Shown here piece by piece: positions 39,901-52,990 of a stretch of 64,000 nucleotides of DNA (within the stretch, counting starts at the first letter, position 1; the number at the start of each line of letters is the position of its first letter). This DNA comes from Calcarisporiella thermophila CBS 279.70 (Eukaryota > Fungi > Calcarisporiellomycota): assembly GCF_041956535.1 (NCBI RefSeq), contig NW_027192202.1, forward strand, positions 598,840 through 662,839, written 5' to 3'. The notes beneath the pieces are model-generated. The model did not search any database and was not told the origin of the DNA. It saw only the letters and a program-made list of their open reading frames with translations. The translations under genes and the position numbers were made by a program.

Positions 39901-42239
39901 TCATGATGCCATAACAACTCTTGCTAAAACCCCAACAAGAGAAGCGTTTATGTCCAGTGCTGGCTCAGTCATTTTGTAACTTTCCCGATTATCTTCAAAA
40001 TGGTCCTTCCCGTCCGGCCCTCCCACAAGTGCCCCAAAAAGAGTGAATTTGTTCGGTAATTTTTTGCTTATATAACTAGTTCCGAGATCGGGACTCTTTG
40101 CAGGAACACCTTGGCTACTCGGATGATGGACGTGGGTGGGAGAGCGAGAGTGATCTGCCCCTACTATATACACTCGGTTGGCTATAATTGGACAAATATC
40201 GAACACAAGGAGTTAAGAATAGAATTCAACTAGATGAAAAGTGAAATGTCCTACCTGGATTGTCTCCTAAAATATAGTTGACTTGCCCCATGGCAAATGC
40301 TACGTGGCTGCATTCATCGTTGTCATTTGCAGCTGCTATTTCCTTGGAGACTAGTACATTGTCGGCATACCAGAAAGCCTGATAGGCAGTGTTCATAGCG
40401 ATTCCATTCAATCCATCACCCTCCTTGCATAAATCGGCGCAATACAAGCCTCCGGGTGTGAATCCCTTAGGATTGTAAAGTACATCCCTGAAATAATTTT
40501 TCATGTATTTACGATATTTGGATTGATTCGAATAAGCGGCAAGTAAGTTAGTGGCGCCGACACTTTTATCATCCCATGTTTGGGCGTGAAAGATAGCCTT
40601 TGAAATAAAAAAACAAGAGTTAGCGAAGCCCTTTAGTTCATCCCAAGCCAATCTGAATAATACCTCGCCACTATTCCAGTTGTTCTCGAGCTTGAAGTCT
40701 GTATAATATTTTTCGGCTTTTTCCAACCATTGCTTTTCTTTAGTCGCACGATAAATCCATATCGCTCCCCACACTAGCTCATCGCCGTAACCAGAATAGG
40801 ATGGATACGCATTAGCTCCGCCTCCTCCTTTGATCACTTGCAACTGAATAGCTTTGTTATAATTTCCGCGGTAGTGATCACCAAGCTCGTAGAGTTGAAT
40901 GGCATGCTTTAGGAGCTTTTTGGAATAGTCCGGGTCCTCCTTACGAAACACCAAGGATGCAGCGGCAAGCGCTGCAGCAGCCTCCGCGACAACTTCAGTC
41001 CCTGTGTAACGTTTGCCATCGATCATATAGATCGGTCGTTTGATGGTTTTTGGTTCATTCTCGGGGCTGCCCCAATATCGATGATCCCAATCCGGATCGC
41101 CGACTTGGGCAACATAGATTCCAGGCTTAATATGACTTTTTAAGATATAGTCGGTCCCTATCGGTTGAAATTATAAATATTAGTGAGTATAACAACTGAA
41201 AAATGGAACAACCCCAAATTGTATTGTGATTAAAATGCTGAAGAAAATTACAAATTTACATACCCCATTTTATGGCTTCACGAATGTATTTCATTTCTCC
41301 TGATCTTTGAAATCCTTGAGGATAGTCCACTGCAGCCCAGCTGAGCATGGTCATGGCAAATGAGGATGGGAAACCAAACTTGACGTAATCGCCTGCATCG
41401 TAATAACCTCCGGTCAGATTTAGATTTGCTTCAGCACCATCATCAAGATGAGAGGGGTGCCGCCATCTAATTCGTTGATTAGCGGGGAGAGGGCCGGAGC
41501 GCTGCGCTTCGTAGAAGAGAATGGCGTTGTGGAGATTTTTACTATATACATTGATCCCTTGTAGCGTTTTGCCTTGGTGCTCCTTAACCTTCGAGTTGTG
41601 TTTGTTGCTCTTCTTTCTTCTCTTCTTTGTTGGGTGCACCTTTCTCTTTTCCTTTTTATTCTTAGACTTCTTTTTCTTCTTATCGTCGTTTTCCTCCTCT
41701 TTCTCCTCCTGTTTTTCGACCGTCTCGCTCTTTGGTGGGCGGTAGACACCTTTAAAGTGGCCGGCAGGACATGCTAACCGTGGCCTGGAATCATAGGTAG
41801 TCAAAGGCTGGAAATCCTCTTCAGAAGGGCCAATTTGCTTTCCTTCGCTAGTGAGCTCACAAATCAACTTCACCAGGGCAATCCTAAGCGTATCCAGAGG
41901 TGAGAGGGTCATATTTTTACTTGCGCTACTGCCCCTCGTATTCAGAGGTAGATAGCCTTCCTTCTTGATCCTTCTGATAAACCCGTCAATATCAGTGGAT
42001 CGACCTGACTCGTCGTTAAATGTGCAAGGAAAAGAGGATATGTTGAGAGGTCGTGCAATCGCGTGTGAGGATATTGTTGGCTTCCATTTTCGTGGTCGCT
42101 CTAGGGTGACTGCGGGATGGGTGTGGTTGTGTGAAGGTGCCGTGGTGGTGTGGTTGTGTGTTGGAGCCGCGGCGGTGTGGTTGTAGAATATTGCTGATAC
42201 TATAAACACAAACAGTATCGCGTTAAGAAGATCCAACAT
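39901..42239 (-). CDS. Secreted glycoside hydrolase family 9 endoglucanase with long N-terminal extension
   Basis: Signal peptide MLDLLNAILFVFIVSAIF; LFYEAQRSG, LTGGYYDAGDYVKFGFP, QVGD..DH.YWG.PE, QVNYILGDNP, HVHH, GALVGGPD...DNRESYKMTEPALDINA. Confidence 0.92.
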
Positions 42240-43622
42240 ACTGGATGATATGTGTGAATATTTGGCAAAATCTATAATAGTATAGCAAATATAAAGGTCT
42301 AAAGTGGGGGATCTGCCTTGATCGATCAATTGCTCTTAAAAAGCCATCTCCTCACACTAAAGGGTGATATAAAGAATAGAAAACTGCATGCAGATAAAAG
42401 GGCAAAGGCCAGAGAGCCTATATATGTTTTCATTTTGACGTTATTTGATTTTTTTTGTAATTTCTATTCCGGCCACACTACATTAAAATATTAATCCAAT
42501 AAACAGGGGCAAAAACTACAGTCTAATTTTAAATGGTATCGATCGTGGCTCAAGGGTAAATATCGAGCGAACGAATCTCGCTCTGAGACCATTTTAAATC
42601 CATGTAGAAATACCCTAAGCCAAAAAAAAATTGTGTCGAGAACTTTTCTGAATGCTGTCTAGAACAGTCCAAAAAAAGATATTCAAAGAGGTACTCCTTA
42701 GAGAGATATCCAATAACCCCAATTAAATAACAACGAGCTAGGCGTATATAAAGGATTAAACGTGCAATGATGCAGCGGCGCTGAGGGTTAAAGCAAGAGA
42801 AGAGAGGATGAAATTGAGATAAATAGGGAAGTGTCCTTATCCTACTCCTCCCTAAAATAGACGTGGCTCACCCTACATCGATTTATTTTTAGGTCGCTAT
42901 GCTGGCACTTCTATCCTATACCGACACAAGGGTGGCCGTGTCGGCTCATAGGAATAAACTCTATAGTGTGGCTAAGACGGAGGGGGCGCATTAAAAGACA
43001 CGAGTTCAAGTTGTGCTCTGTAAAATAAATACGCGACCCACGCTATTGGTGCAACTTTAACTTTTCAAGTAAATGAATTCGTTCTCCTTTAACTTATTAA
43101 TAGCAGTCTCACCCTCCTGTGCAAACTATGTTTTCCGAGGTGTGCGTTATCGCACCTCAGAGGATTCACCATATAGGTTAATAGAAGAGAGGTCATGACT
43201 CACTGTAGCCATCTTTAAGCAAGCAAGCAAATAAACATGGATTGATAAAAATTTATACAGAGTTTCCAAATCTTGGCAAGAAGAAAACAAAATAATACAT
43301 GTAGTAAAAAAGGTATCGACAGCAAGCTAGTTGAAATGAAAGAGAAGTAGTATAGGAGCAGAGGAAGGAAAAGAAGCAGAGGCAAGAGTGGGAATATATG
43401 AGCGTGCTCAAAGGTATTTAATATAGTGTTGACAAACTCGCGATAAATATAATATCAGCGCTGCACCCTTTTATAAAATGGAAGACCTCAATACGGCAGC
43501 TTCGATACTGGAATCAAAAATACAGTCTAAAAGTATGGGATATCTGCAGCAGCACTTTTAGGGGCAGCATCGCAGCGGTTGGAATGATTCAGGAGAATGC
43601 TTGAAATGAGGTGTGCGATGTC

Positions 43623-43751
43623 CTACCAATAGCACTGTTCATTAGGCCAGTGTCTAGCCCAACATTTAGTGCATACGGGAGGCTCCGATTCGCTGCGCCT
43701 GGCCACATAGGTTTCGAACTTGGAAAGTAGGGCTTTAGCACAGTAATGCAT
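43623..43751 (-). CDS. Candidate 42-aa microprotein with CxxC-x3-H-x5-C motif
   Basis: ataATG context; MHYCAKALLSKFETYVARRSESEPPVCTKCWARHWPNEQCYW*; pyrimidine-rich leader and TATAAA upstream on the minus strand. Confidence 0.4.
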   Translation of the reverse strand: MHYCAKALLSKFETYVARRSESEPPVCTKCWARHWPNEQCYW

Positions 43752-45929
43752 TATGAGTTGGGTGAGGTAGCAATGGTACAAGGAGGAGACTCTGCAGTTA
43801 AAGAAGAATGGAAGACAGAGGATTAAGAGGATAGTTTCAAAATTAAATGGGCAGCAGATGAGAGAAATGGTCCCAACGGTAGCCGAGACCAGGGCAGGAA
43901 CAAAAAAGAAGAGGCAAGGAATCAAGTGGACGCCAAGTGGGGATTTATAATTCAGTATGCTGGCTGTCACATCGTACGCGTGAGGGTAATACAGGAATAC
44001 GTTTGCCTGCATAACTCTTATGGCCAATTAACAAAGCCTGACTAGGGGAGAGAGCATAAGGAAAGTATCGGAGGTGACTTTTGCCAGTGTTTGTTAGTTT
44101 GCCTGTGTTCTACTTGGCCACTCGAGATTCATCCAAATACTCGCACAAAACACACTAGCTCCGTAAAAGTAAAAAAAGTAAAAATTCGTACTAAGCAAAT
44201 TATTGTAAAGTTCTTTTCTTCTTTTGTTTTCTTTCCAACGACTTTTCTGTTCTGTTTTTCTTTTTTAGCAAAGGTTTCCCGGTTTGGGCAGGCTTCAGCC
44301 CCCTCTTTTGCCTCTGGCCCTTTTCTGCAGGAATGGTCCATCGATGTGTAAGCGCACGGGTTTGCCTAGGTGTTTTCTTCAGCCGCCGATACTAACCTCT
44401 TCAATTGTGGATAGAAATCGGGTGCCGAGCGGAGCGATGCCAAGATCCTTTCCCCCATTTGCCCTAAGCTAACGGATCGAGCAAACAGAGTTCTCTGTGG
44501 ATTACCTACATCCCGGCTTCTTTCATTTATGCGCTTACTTAAGAAAAGTAGCGATCTAACGAGCCCTCTACTTAGTTGCCCACAGGTTGATCTTGAGTCG
44601 ATTTCCTTAATGTAGCCACAAACGGGTTTCTTCTGGAAGAGCTCACTCTTCTCCTCAAGAGAAGCAGTGCTTGCAGGGATTTTAATTTAAAAAACAACTA
44701 ACCCTCCCAAACCCAGCTTAACGACTCTGCCGACTTTTCAATGACGTTAGAATAGCATGACGCGAGTCATATGATAATACCCGCTTACTTTTCATAATCC
44801 TCAAGAAATGTTGGTTAGTAATCATGATTAAATGGACATTAGTCCTCATGGGATCTTTCATGATGAAATAATTCAATGTAAAGATGCTGATCATGGAAAT
44901 TAGAACGTTCTACCCCACCCAGCACCCAATTTATTGATTCGTTCATATCATTATTGTCTATTGGCATTATCTAAAACACCGATATTCCGACTAATGAGTT
45001 GCTTTAAACAAACATGTTGCTAGTACCAAGCTGACTACAAAGTTTGTAACCATGAAAAGAGACCGTGTTCTTCTATGGTTAATGTGAAGTCTAGGAATAA
45101 TTTTGACCTCCCTTGGTCGCTTGGGGTCTTGGCCCACAAAATGAAAAAAAATTGAGCTGACCACGCGAGAGCAATTTTTTCTACCTTAGAACAAATAAGT
45201 ACTGATTAAGTCACCCAAAAGTTTATTTCGATGCACGAGATCATTGAACTAAGTGTGTTGGCAAATTGAGTAAAGTGCTAGACTTAGTTAGACTCAAGGG
45301 AATAGGGAGTCGCCAAGTATATATCATTCCAATTTGATGCCAACATGTCCTTCTCGCTGTGCAGATATGAAATAAACGAAAATTCCCATCGACCACGAAT
45401 TGATGCTAGCTAATGTATCTTAGCGAAGAACTCGTTCCAAGTTTCACGTCAATCTCCTCGAGTTCTCCACGATGGCTCCTCATTTAAATATGGGTAGTGA
45501 AGTGAGAGTTAGAGCACACTACAAGATGTACACATCTTTAATTCTCTCAATACTATAATATGTCCCATTAGTCATGTCAGTAAAGTTCTCTCATGGCATT
45601 GGAGACATTTACGCAATATTAGTCTTTAAAGCCTTGTGCGTCGTCATCATACTTAAGCGATTGCTTGTTGACACACTTATCTTTTCATATGATAGTTCTT
45701 AGGAAGTCAATCCATGTGTCGTCATTCTTGTCACTATTATTAATACCTGCGATAAGTTGGGATTCGACCGTAACACACATTACCGAGTTGAAAAAACTAT
45801 GGGCATTTTACAGGAAATAATAGTAATATGAGTGAATATTGAATAAAGAATATTGCGTTTTGAAATGAGATAATAAAACTCGAGGATATAAAAATAATAG
45901 AAGTGATTCTTGCCATAAAAGAAACTAGA

Positions 45930-46950
45930 TCAAAGGGTGCAAGAATTAGAACTACAGGAGGCTGATTTCTGACCTCCTTCCTTTGTTTTTTCTTGTTGAT
46001 ATTCTTCCTTTTCTGCAGCCTCTTCCAGGCGGATTGCCTTTGAAAGAGTCTCCTGGGTCTCAATGGTCAATTTCTTATCCTCGCTCTCAAGGATGGCTTC
46101 ACTGGTAAGTAGGAGGTGCGATAGGGGAAAGAGGTCGCCCCAGATTCGCTCACGGTATTCGAAGGCCACTCCAGCATTGCCCCGCTTGACAAGGTATATT
46201 CCTCCATAGATAAACCCGTCGCCAACAAAATTACCGGTGACACCCTACCATTATCAAGGAGACAATTGCAAGTTAGTGATCCAGTGAAAAGTAGAAGGCA
46301 TCCTTAGAATGGGAATTTACCGATTTTCTGTTTCTGAAGACATGCTTCCACATCTCCGGCTTCAGCCAGTTTGCTTTGGATGCCACACGGAGAGATCCTC
46401 CACTATATATATATATATATACATCTTGATTAGTTTCATAAGATCTAAACAGTGCTTAAGTCCATAAATAAGTACCCTAGTGCCTTGTAGAAGCCTTTAT
46501 TCTCATCCCAGTAAATTTCACCTTTCCAGTAATTGTTATTGAATTCCTCGGCACCCAATCGCTCATGGACCACAGCGAATAAACGGAAGCCCTTTGAGAA
46601 TAAAAGAAATGTAATGGATCAAAGACTGTAAGTGTAAAACAAGACTGTAGTCTAGAACTTACGAGTCCATTTACAAGTAGATCGCGGTGTTTTGCAATGA
46701 GCACTGCTTGCTCTCTGCAAAATTGACATCCAGGCCTTCGGACTAAAATAATGTTTGGATTTTAATTAAATAGGATCAATTATGGGATGCATAATTAAGC
46801 GCATTTACCAACGAACACAACTGCGGGTGTGTCTTTCCACAAGTCGCTTGCTTTTATCACCTCATTCTCAGACTCTTGGATGCCCTTAAGAGTGATGTTT
46901 TCCAGTTGAGCATAATCAGTGGATGGTTTGGGGATATTGCTCTTAGACAT
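45930..46950 (-). CDS. Peroxiredoxin-like 2 / AhpC-TSA_2 (FAM213/SelU family), Cys form, 5 exons
   Basis: Spliced reading MSKSNIPKP...ASDLWKDTPAVVFVVRRPGCQFCREQA...LFAVVHE.LG.EEF...GNFVGDGFIYGGIYLV...FEYRE; mostly missed by the ORF track. Confidence 0.85.
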
Positions 46951-48388
46951 TGTTATTTTTGTTATGATAAACGACGAGAATAATCCACCATCTTTCCTTG
47001 GTAACGCTGCTTTTATGTGAATTAACTCGGTACATTTTGTTAACCGTGTTTTTTACTTTTTTGTTCACAATATGCCTTTGTTCCTCCTTTTGTTCGATAT
47101 ATCCGCAATTCCAATTGGACTGGGCCACCATGTCGGTTAAAAATCATGTCACGACACTCCGCCTCGCATCCAAGTGGATTGTAGTTTGCGATTGGCGGAC
47201 CAAAGGAGAAGAGTGAGCTCATAGACATAGTCATAGTCACGGTTCTCTGCTTTTGAATGATGGGGATGCAACGGTGCTACTTTTCTATTCTATAGAGTCT
47301 GATATCTTCCATATCTTTATCCATATGTCTCGAGTTAAGCTATGATCCCATCATTACACAAAACTAGAGTTTAAATGAGTGACTCTTTAAGTCGTAGTCC
47401 AATGGGCTTAGCTGCCCCTGTTGTTCATTATGAGGAAACCAGTCATTTTCCAAAATCACCAAGTAGATCCTCCCGCCCATAAAAGCCATTCTTTCCTTAG
47501 CTACGCCATCCACGAGGTAGAAGCTGTAAACTACTCGAGAGTTTAATATAGGCTCAGCGTACCTTCTAAATGACTCTGCTAGTTTCGGCCGTATGGGCAT
47601 TTCTTAGTAAAGAGAAGACCTGGTCTTAGCAATATAGTTAAAACCGGACGCATAAGCCGAAGGAGAGGCAAAAAATAGGCGCCGGCTTTTCCATGACCAC
47701 TAATAGGCCGAAAATGAAGGCTCGCCAATGGAACTTGTTTATTCTCCCTCTATATTCATTTCTTGATTTTTTAACAACCTCTTATGATCCTTGATGAACG
47801 AGGGTGAAGAATCAAAGTCAATATTACGGAGCTTCCGTCTTCAGATCCTATCATTCAGGGTGACAATTCCTCTATTGATTAATTTTCTTCCAAAGTAAGT
47901 AGGAAACCCCCTCGGATATTTCTCATCTATCCGCATTGGAATCCAACCAAGGGTCCCATTCATTGGGGCATGTCCATGTGTGTTTTTCGTTGACTAAAAC
48001 GGACGGGAGAAGGCGGTGGAATTTCCATCGTTTCGAGTTGCGGAATTATTTTCCTGACACTTATATGGGAAGCAATAGAGGCAGGTGGAGCACTTTTTAC
48101 ACAATTGTGACCCGTTCGTTCGCGGGTCCTGAGGAATTGCTAATTTTATGATGGATTACCGGGGAAACAACAATTGATCTGTCAATAGCCCTAGAGCCAA
48201 AATATAAATAGCCTGTGGGTGTCCATGGCTCTGCCTTTTTTTTTTTTAATATCAAAAACTTCTTCGCATTTCTTCTACACCACCACTTGCATTTTAGAGC
48301 TGTGCTCACCCCTCCTTTTTTACATCTCTCCTTTTTGCATTACATCGCGCCGGCCGCGCATCATTGAACATATTTTGCATCTGCTATC

Positions 48389-48883
48389 ATGAAAACTGCC
48401 CCGCTTCTTGTCCTTTTTGTCGCTATTGCTGGCGTTCTTGCCAACCCCGTGCGACGGGAAACCTCCAAGTCCTCTGCTGCCAAGGCCCAAAAGAGTGAGG
48501 CCATCAACTCCTCGTCTGCACAATCGAGCAACATCACTGCTCCTTCAGCCGCTGCTCAGCTCAAGAACGAGATGTTTGCGAAAATGAACGCAATGTTCGA
48601 GCAACAGACGGTGGCGTTCCGCCGTTCATTCCGCTCCGGCAGAGATCGAGACAATGCAGACCGGATTGTCGATTTGATCCGTCTTCAGCGAGACAATCTT
48701 TTCGATGATCTTGAGGATGTATTCGATGATCTCGAGAGATGCGAGATTGAGCTTGATGATCAGGACCGCAATGGCCGCGGCCGTGGAAGAAGCAACAGCA
48801 ACAGTAACAGTAACGTGGGAAGCAGTGAGAGCCAGAACGAGAATGAGCGCAGGCGCGTCCAATCCCAGAATATCGTTGAATAA
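48389..48883 (+). CDS. Small secreted protein (164 aa) of unknown function
   Basis: Signal peptide MKTAPLLVLFVAIAGVLA then NPVRR; TATAAATA at ~48203; biased codon usage. Confidence 0.75.
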   Translation: MKTAPLLVLFVAIAGVLANPVRRETSKSSAAKAQKSEAINSSSAQSSNITAPSAAAQLKNEMFAKMNAMFEQQTVAFRRSFRSGRDRDNADRIVDLIRLQRDNLFDDLEDVFDDLERCEIELDDQDRNGRGRGRSNSNSNSNVGSSESQNENERRRVQSQNIVE

Positions 48884-49484
48884 TCGTGCTCAATTGCCCC
48901 CCTTTCCTTTTGTTTAAGGGTATCTCAATTTTACCGACCTTTATATCAGTTTACGATAGCTCTTTTTTTTTCACTTTTATATTTCCCTTGGCATATCATT
49001 AAAGCTCATCTATCTTGCATGTAAGTCTTCCAGGCATTCTCCCCTTACCATTCCCAGTCGTAAAGTAAATCAAATAAATTCATACATACGCCTCTACTCA
49101 ATCCTCCTCCTCCCCCTCCTCAAATCTATTGCGCTGAACTGCAATAGCGGCGGGTAACCACCATTCTTGGATTTTATGTAGCGACTTCTGCTAGCTATTG
49201 GGTCCAGAGCTATGCACGGGATCCATCTGGCCCCAATACCGTATCCTCTCAAGAATGCAAGCCCTACTTCAAGACAATTTCAAAACAGCAGTACAATACT
49301 TATATTTCGCACTCAAGAGGATATATGAAATTTAACGTGGTATGTACACCTAATCCGAAATATTACAGCTAGGAAGGAAATAGAGAAAGTAATTGGGTAC
49401 AAATAATAGAGAAACGAGGATTACAAATTGTTTTGGAGGGTGGGGTTACTTAAATAAATATCTAGACAACTTTCTAATTCTAAA

Positions 49485-50940
49485 TCATGGATACCGGTTC
49501 GAGTAGCTTGGGTGGTGCGCGCTTCCATGCTCTTCCGCCCAGAGCTCTTCTCCGCGTTCTCCGATTGCATGGGCACCGTGACCGAAAGGCGACTCACCGA
49601 CTCTTGTGAGGGAGGGCGAGACCGTCCGCGACGCTAAGTCGGGCCCATTTTTCATTATCGATTTCACTTCTCCCAGTTGGTAGGCATTGCTCCATTCTCC
49701 TGGCTTGCTGGAGTAGTTTGGGAGGTGGGTCGTGGAGCCACTAGGGTCGTCTGGAATATTGCTCTGTTGGCTGCGCCGAAAAGGGTTGGACATTCCTGAC
49801 AGACAGGGGCAAAAGAGTTGAACCATCTCAGAGGTGGTGCCGAAGACGCAAAAGATAAAGATGCCAACGAGTGTGCCGGAGAACTCGTCTAGACCGGGAT
49901 CTCGGCTGGTAACTTGAGTCTCTCGTTCAGGATCAGAGGACCAGGTGGAGACCGTTTCGACTAGAGGGGTGATGGGGTTATTTCATGTCGTTCTACTTGT
50001 ATATGGAAGAGCTCTAAAACTTACTATTTGCCAGCAATCCTAAGATCCCAATAATCATACAAAAGGTGAGCATCCGAATGCAAAGGCTATCAAGAAAATG
50101 GCGGATTAATATATTGTTCGGTGCATTGATACGAGGGAGCATGTGTGATGTGGATGATGCATTACCTTCTCTTGATGCGCGTCTTATGGGGGGTTGAGTA
50201 GGAGTCGCCATTTGATCTCGAGGAGGACTTTGTGAAAAATCGACGGCGACGAATGACAATGACCGTGCAGTATACTATGGGAGTCGATGCGAAAAGGTGA
50301 GTGAAGGCAGGAGAGGAGTGGGATATGGGGGGTACATACTGGCTAGGACTAGGCCAATCCCGGTCGAAATCATCGATGGAATCATGACAGTAGGTACACG
50401 AATGGTGTCAGACGTGATGCAGAATGCGGGGCCAGGGAGGGTCCCGAATCCAGGCTTCTTAAACGACACGCCAAGAGAGATGCCTTGCAGGATGAGGGGA
50501 AAGCCCCAGGAGAAAGCGGCATAATAGGGCCACATTTCTCTCTCGCTCCTTTTGATTCTGCGCGAAATCACCACCCAGAGGTTGAAGGCAAGGCAGAGTG
50601 CCCTGTTATAGGCGGGGCGGTTAGTATCTCAAATGAGGAAGCATTAAATATTGAAGAGGCGGGTAGTAACTGACCAAAATGACGTGATATTGTGCACATA
50701 GTCCTCAAGATAAGCCTGGAGTACACAGAGAGGCTTTCCGCCTATCGACTTAATATCTGAGCCGTAGGGCAATGCCGTGAGCAGTTCTACTATGCTAAGT
50801 ATTAAGGCAGACGTGCTCAGACCAATCAGGGTTAATGAGGTGCTGCGCTTGAGGAGCGAAATGAGGAGAGCAACGCTCAGTATAAGTGAGATAAACTGCA
50901 GGGCTATATAGAACGACAGAAGAGGGGCGTAGAACGGCAT
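49485..50940 (-). CDS. 7TM GPCR-like protein (cAMP-receptor-like/Git3-type), 4 exons
   Basis: Seven hydrophobic segments across exons; LCVLQAYL (ECL1 Cys), YAAFSWGFPLIL, PAFCI, EFSGTLVGIFIFCVFGT; Ser-rich cytoplasmic tail. Confidence 0.75.
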
Positions 50941-52990
50941 ATTCAGACAATGGTTATGACATAGGATTCAAATGACGAAGGCGAATGGGGAGCAATGAGC
51001 CTCGAAAGCACGGGAGTGAGATCTCTATAGCGGTGACGGAGGGTAGAAGAGGAGCAAGGGGGGGAGGAAAAAGGAAAAGAAATAGAAGGCGAGCAGGGGA
51101 GAGCGAGAGGGGGGAGAAAATAAATAACGGCAACACACTAGAAGCTAGAGAAAAGAGAAGACTTATCCCATTTCTTGGTAAAGGAGTAGGGAGGGTGCAC
51201 GGACTTTCCGCGCTGCAGATACTTTAAATGCCGTCGCTGAGATCACAAAACAATCCACACTCTCTAATCCGTTATTTATTTCGCCCTTCAGCTCTCTTCG
51301 GGAAACGCCTCCCTGTGATTGGTGCACGCGAAGGGAAAAAGAATTATTTCTTCAGATGGCTGAATTTTTGTTCAAGAGCACACTGCGGCGCACGTACTAC
51401 GCTCAACGACCTGAAAAGAGCTCACAAGAACAACTCTAATTTATGGTTGCCTGCCGGTTGCCGCTGATTCACACCGCAATTAGCTTCGCCATAGGCAGCC
51501 ACCCTCGCGAGATCCGCCGCAGCCCGCCGCGAATTGCTGCGCGCAGAGGAGGGGGGCCGCGCGCGCGAGCGCGAGCCCTCGGCTGCAAGTTCTAGCGTGG
51601 GTTTCCCAAGTCACCGCTTTCGAACCCCGTTAAGGCAAATGTCCGAAGCCCGGTGATACAATCGAGGAGGGGAAAAGCGCTTGAACCCAGTCGCAGACTG
51701 AGTTCACAGGTACACTTCAAGAATCTCAGTCGCACCTAGCTCAAATTTTGCCGGCTGCTCTACAGGAGCGGGCGGCCATTATCCGTTCCCCTTCTCCTAA
51801 TAAGCGCTCGCATTAGCTCGAGCCGGGGGCATTCCTGGGGAAACCCTTTATTTAGAATGCTTCCATAGACCGCCGCTCCTCTCGGCCCGTGTGCCGTGTC
51901 TACTTTGTATATTGGAATGGCAGCACTTGTTGCCGTGAACCATGTTGTATTGTCTCCACCCGCTTCTGCCTTCCTTCTAAACTCTACTTCGCACTACCAT
52001 GCGAACGCCTCCAGCTTCCACACAAAGCTTCCTCTCCCAGCGTCATCGGCAAGACGGATATTCCGTTTGCCCGGCCATGTTGCGCAATGGTAGCTGCTCA
52101 TGGCGCTGCGCATGGCGCTGCTCTAGCCACTAGTCTGGCCAGAGCTGCAGAAGAGCGCCCTAGTTCAGAAACCAGTGCAAGGGGAGGCTGGCTGAGTCGA
52201 ATCCCTCGAGCATCATTTCAAAATTAAGGTTATAGTGAAGAAGATCGCTACCGGAGTTCGAGCGGCCCGCGTCGGTCCAGTACACAAATATTGGCTGCGC
52301 CAAACTCCGCACCCCCTCCTGTTGTGCAGGCCTACTTGGCGCGTTGACACCGCTCTAAGGCCTGATAAACGGCGGGAGCGGGCAAGCATGTCGCCCTCTC
52401 CATTAGGAGGAAAGAGCGAAGCTTGGGCCCTCATCCGCAACTCCTAAAGTTTTCTCCTGTCATGGATTAAGAAGACATTGCCGCTTCAGGATTAGCGTTT
52501 TCGTCATTCTCGAAAGATGCTTTATTGGAAGGCTTAAAACGTACACATGAAAACGCACCCTTGCTGCGGAGAATAGCATTATCACGAGACTCTAGCGACA
52601 TTGCAATGATAATCTAAACTTTGCCTATTGTTCAAGGGGCCACCTGTATACAGAGGTAGAGTTAGAATTGCGGGGAGGGGGGAACTGGGCTTGTCCTTCA
52701 AACGGTAATAGACTCTGGTCTACCACTAAATTCGGGCTAATGGTATAGAGAATACGCTTAATTTGGTGCCTCAACAGAAGCGCCCAACAAGGTTCCGGTC
52801 AACAAAAAGGGTATATTAAGTAATCATGGAATAATTTAAGCACTTGGGGATGGGAATAGGTTAAAAAACATGATCAATAGTTGCAGTGATAAAATCAAGG
52901 AGAAAGTAAAATAAAAGAAAGTGTCGATAGGGATGTATTTATCAGATGGGGGTTTAACGCAGTACCAGCCGCGCAAATTGGCTCTTGATT

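Noticed and set aside
44820-44895. C/D-box-like motifs (ATGATGA...CTGA)
   Set aside because: No recognisable rRNA guide, and such motifs are frequent in AT-rich DNA
45930-45960. CAAX box or Sec read-through at the PRXL2 TGA
   Set aside because: Cys is third from the end, not fourth, and no SECIS was recognised downstream
52160-52240. Group I intron R/S-like motifs (GTTCAGAAACC, AAGGTTATAGT)
   Set aside because: The P7 pairing does not form and there is no host gene
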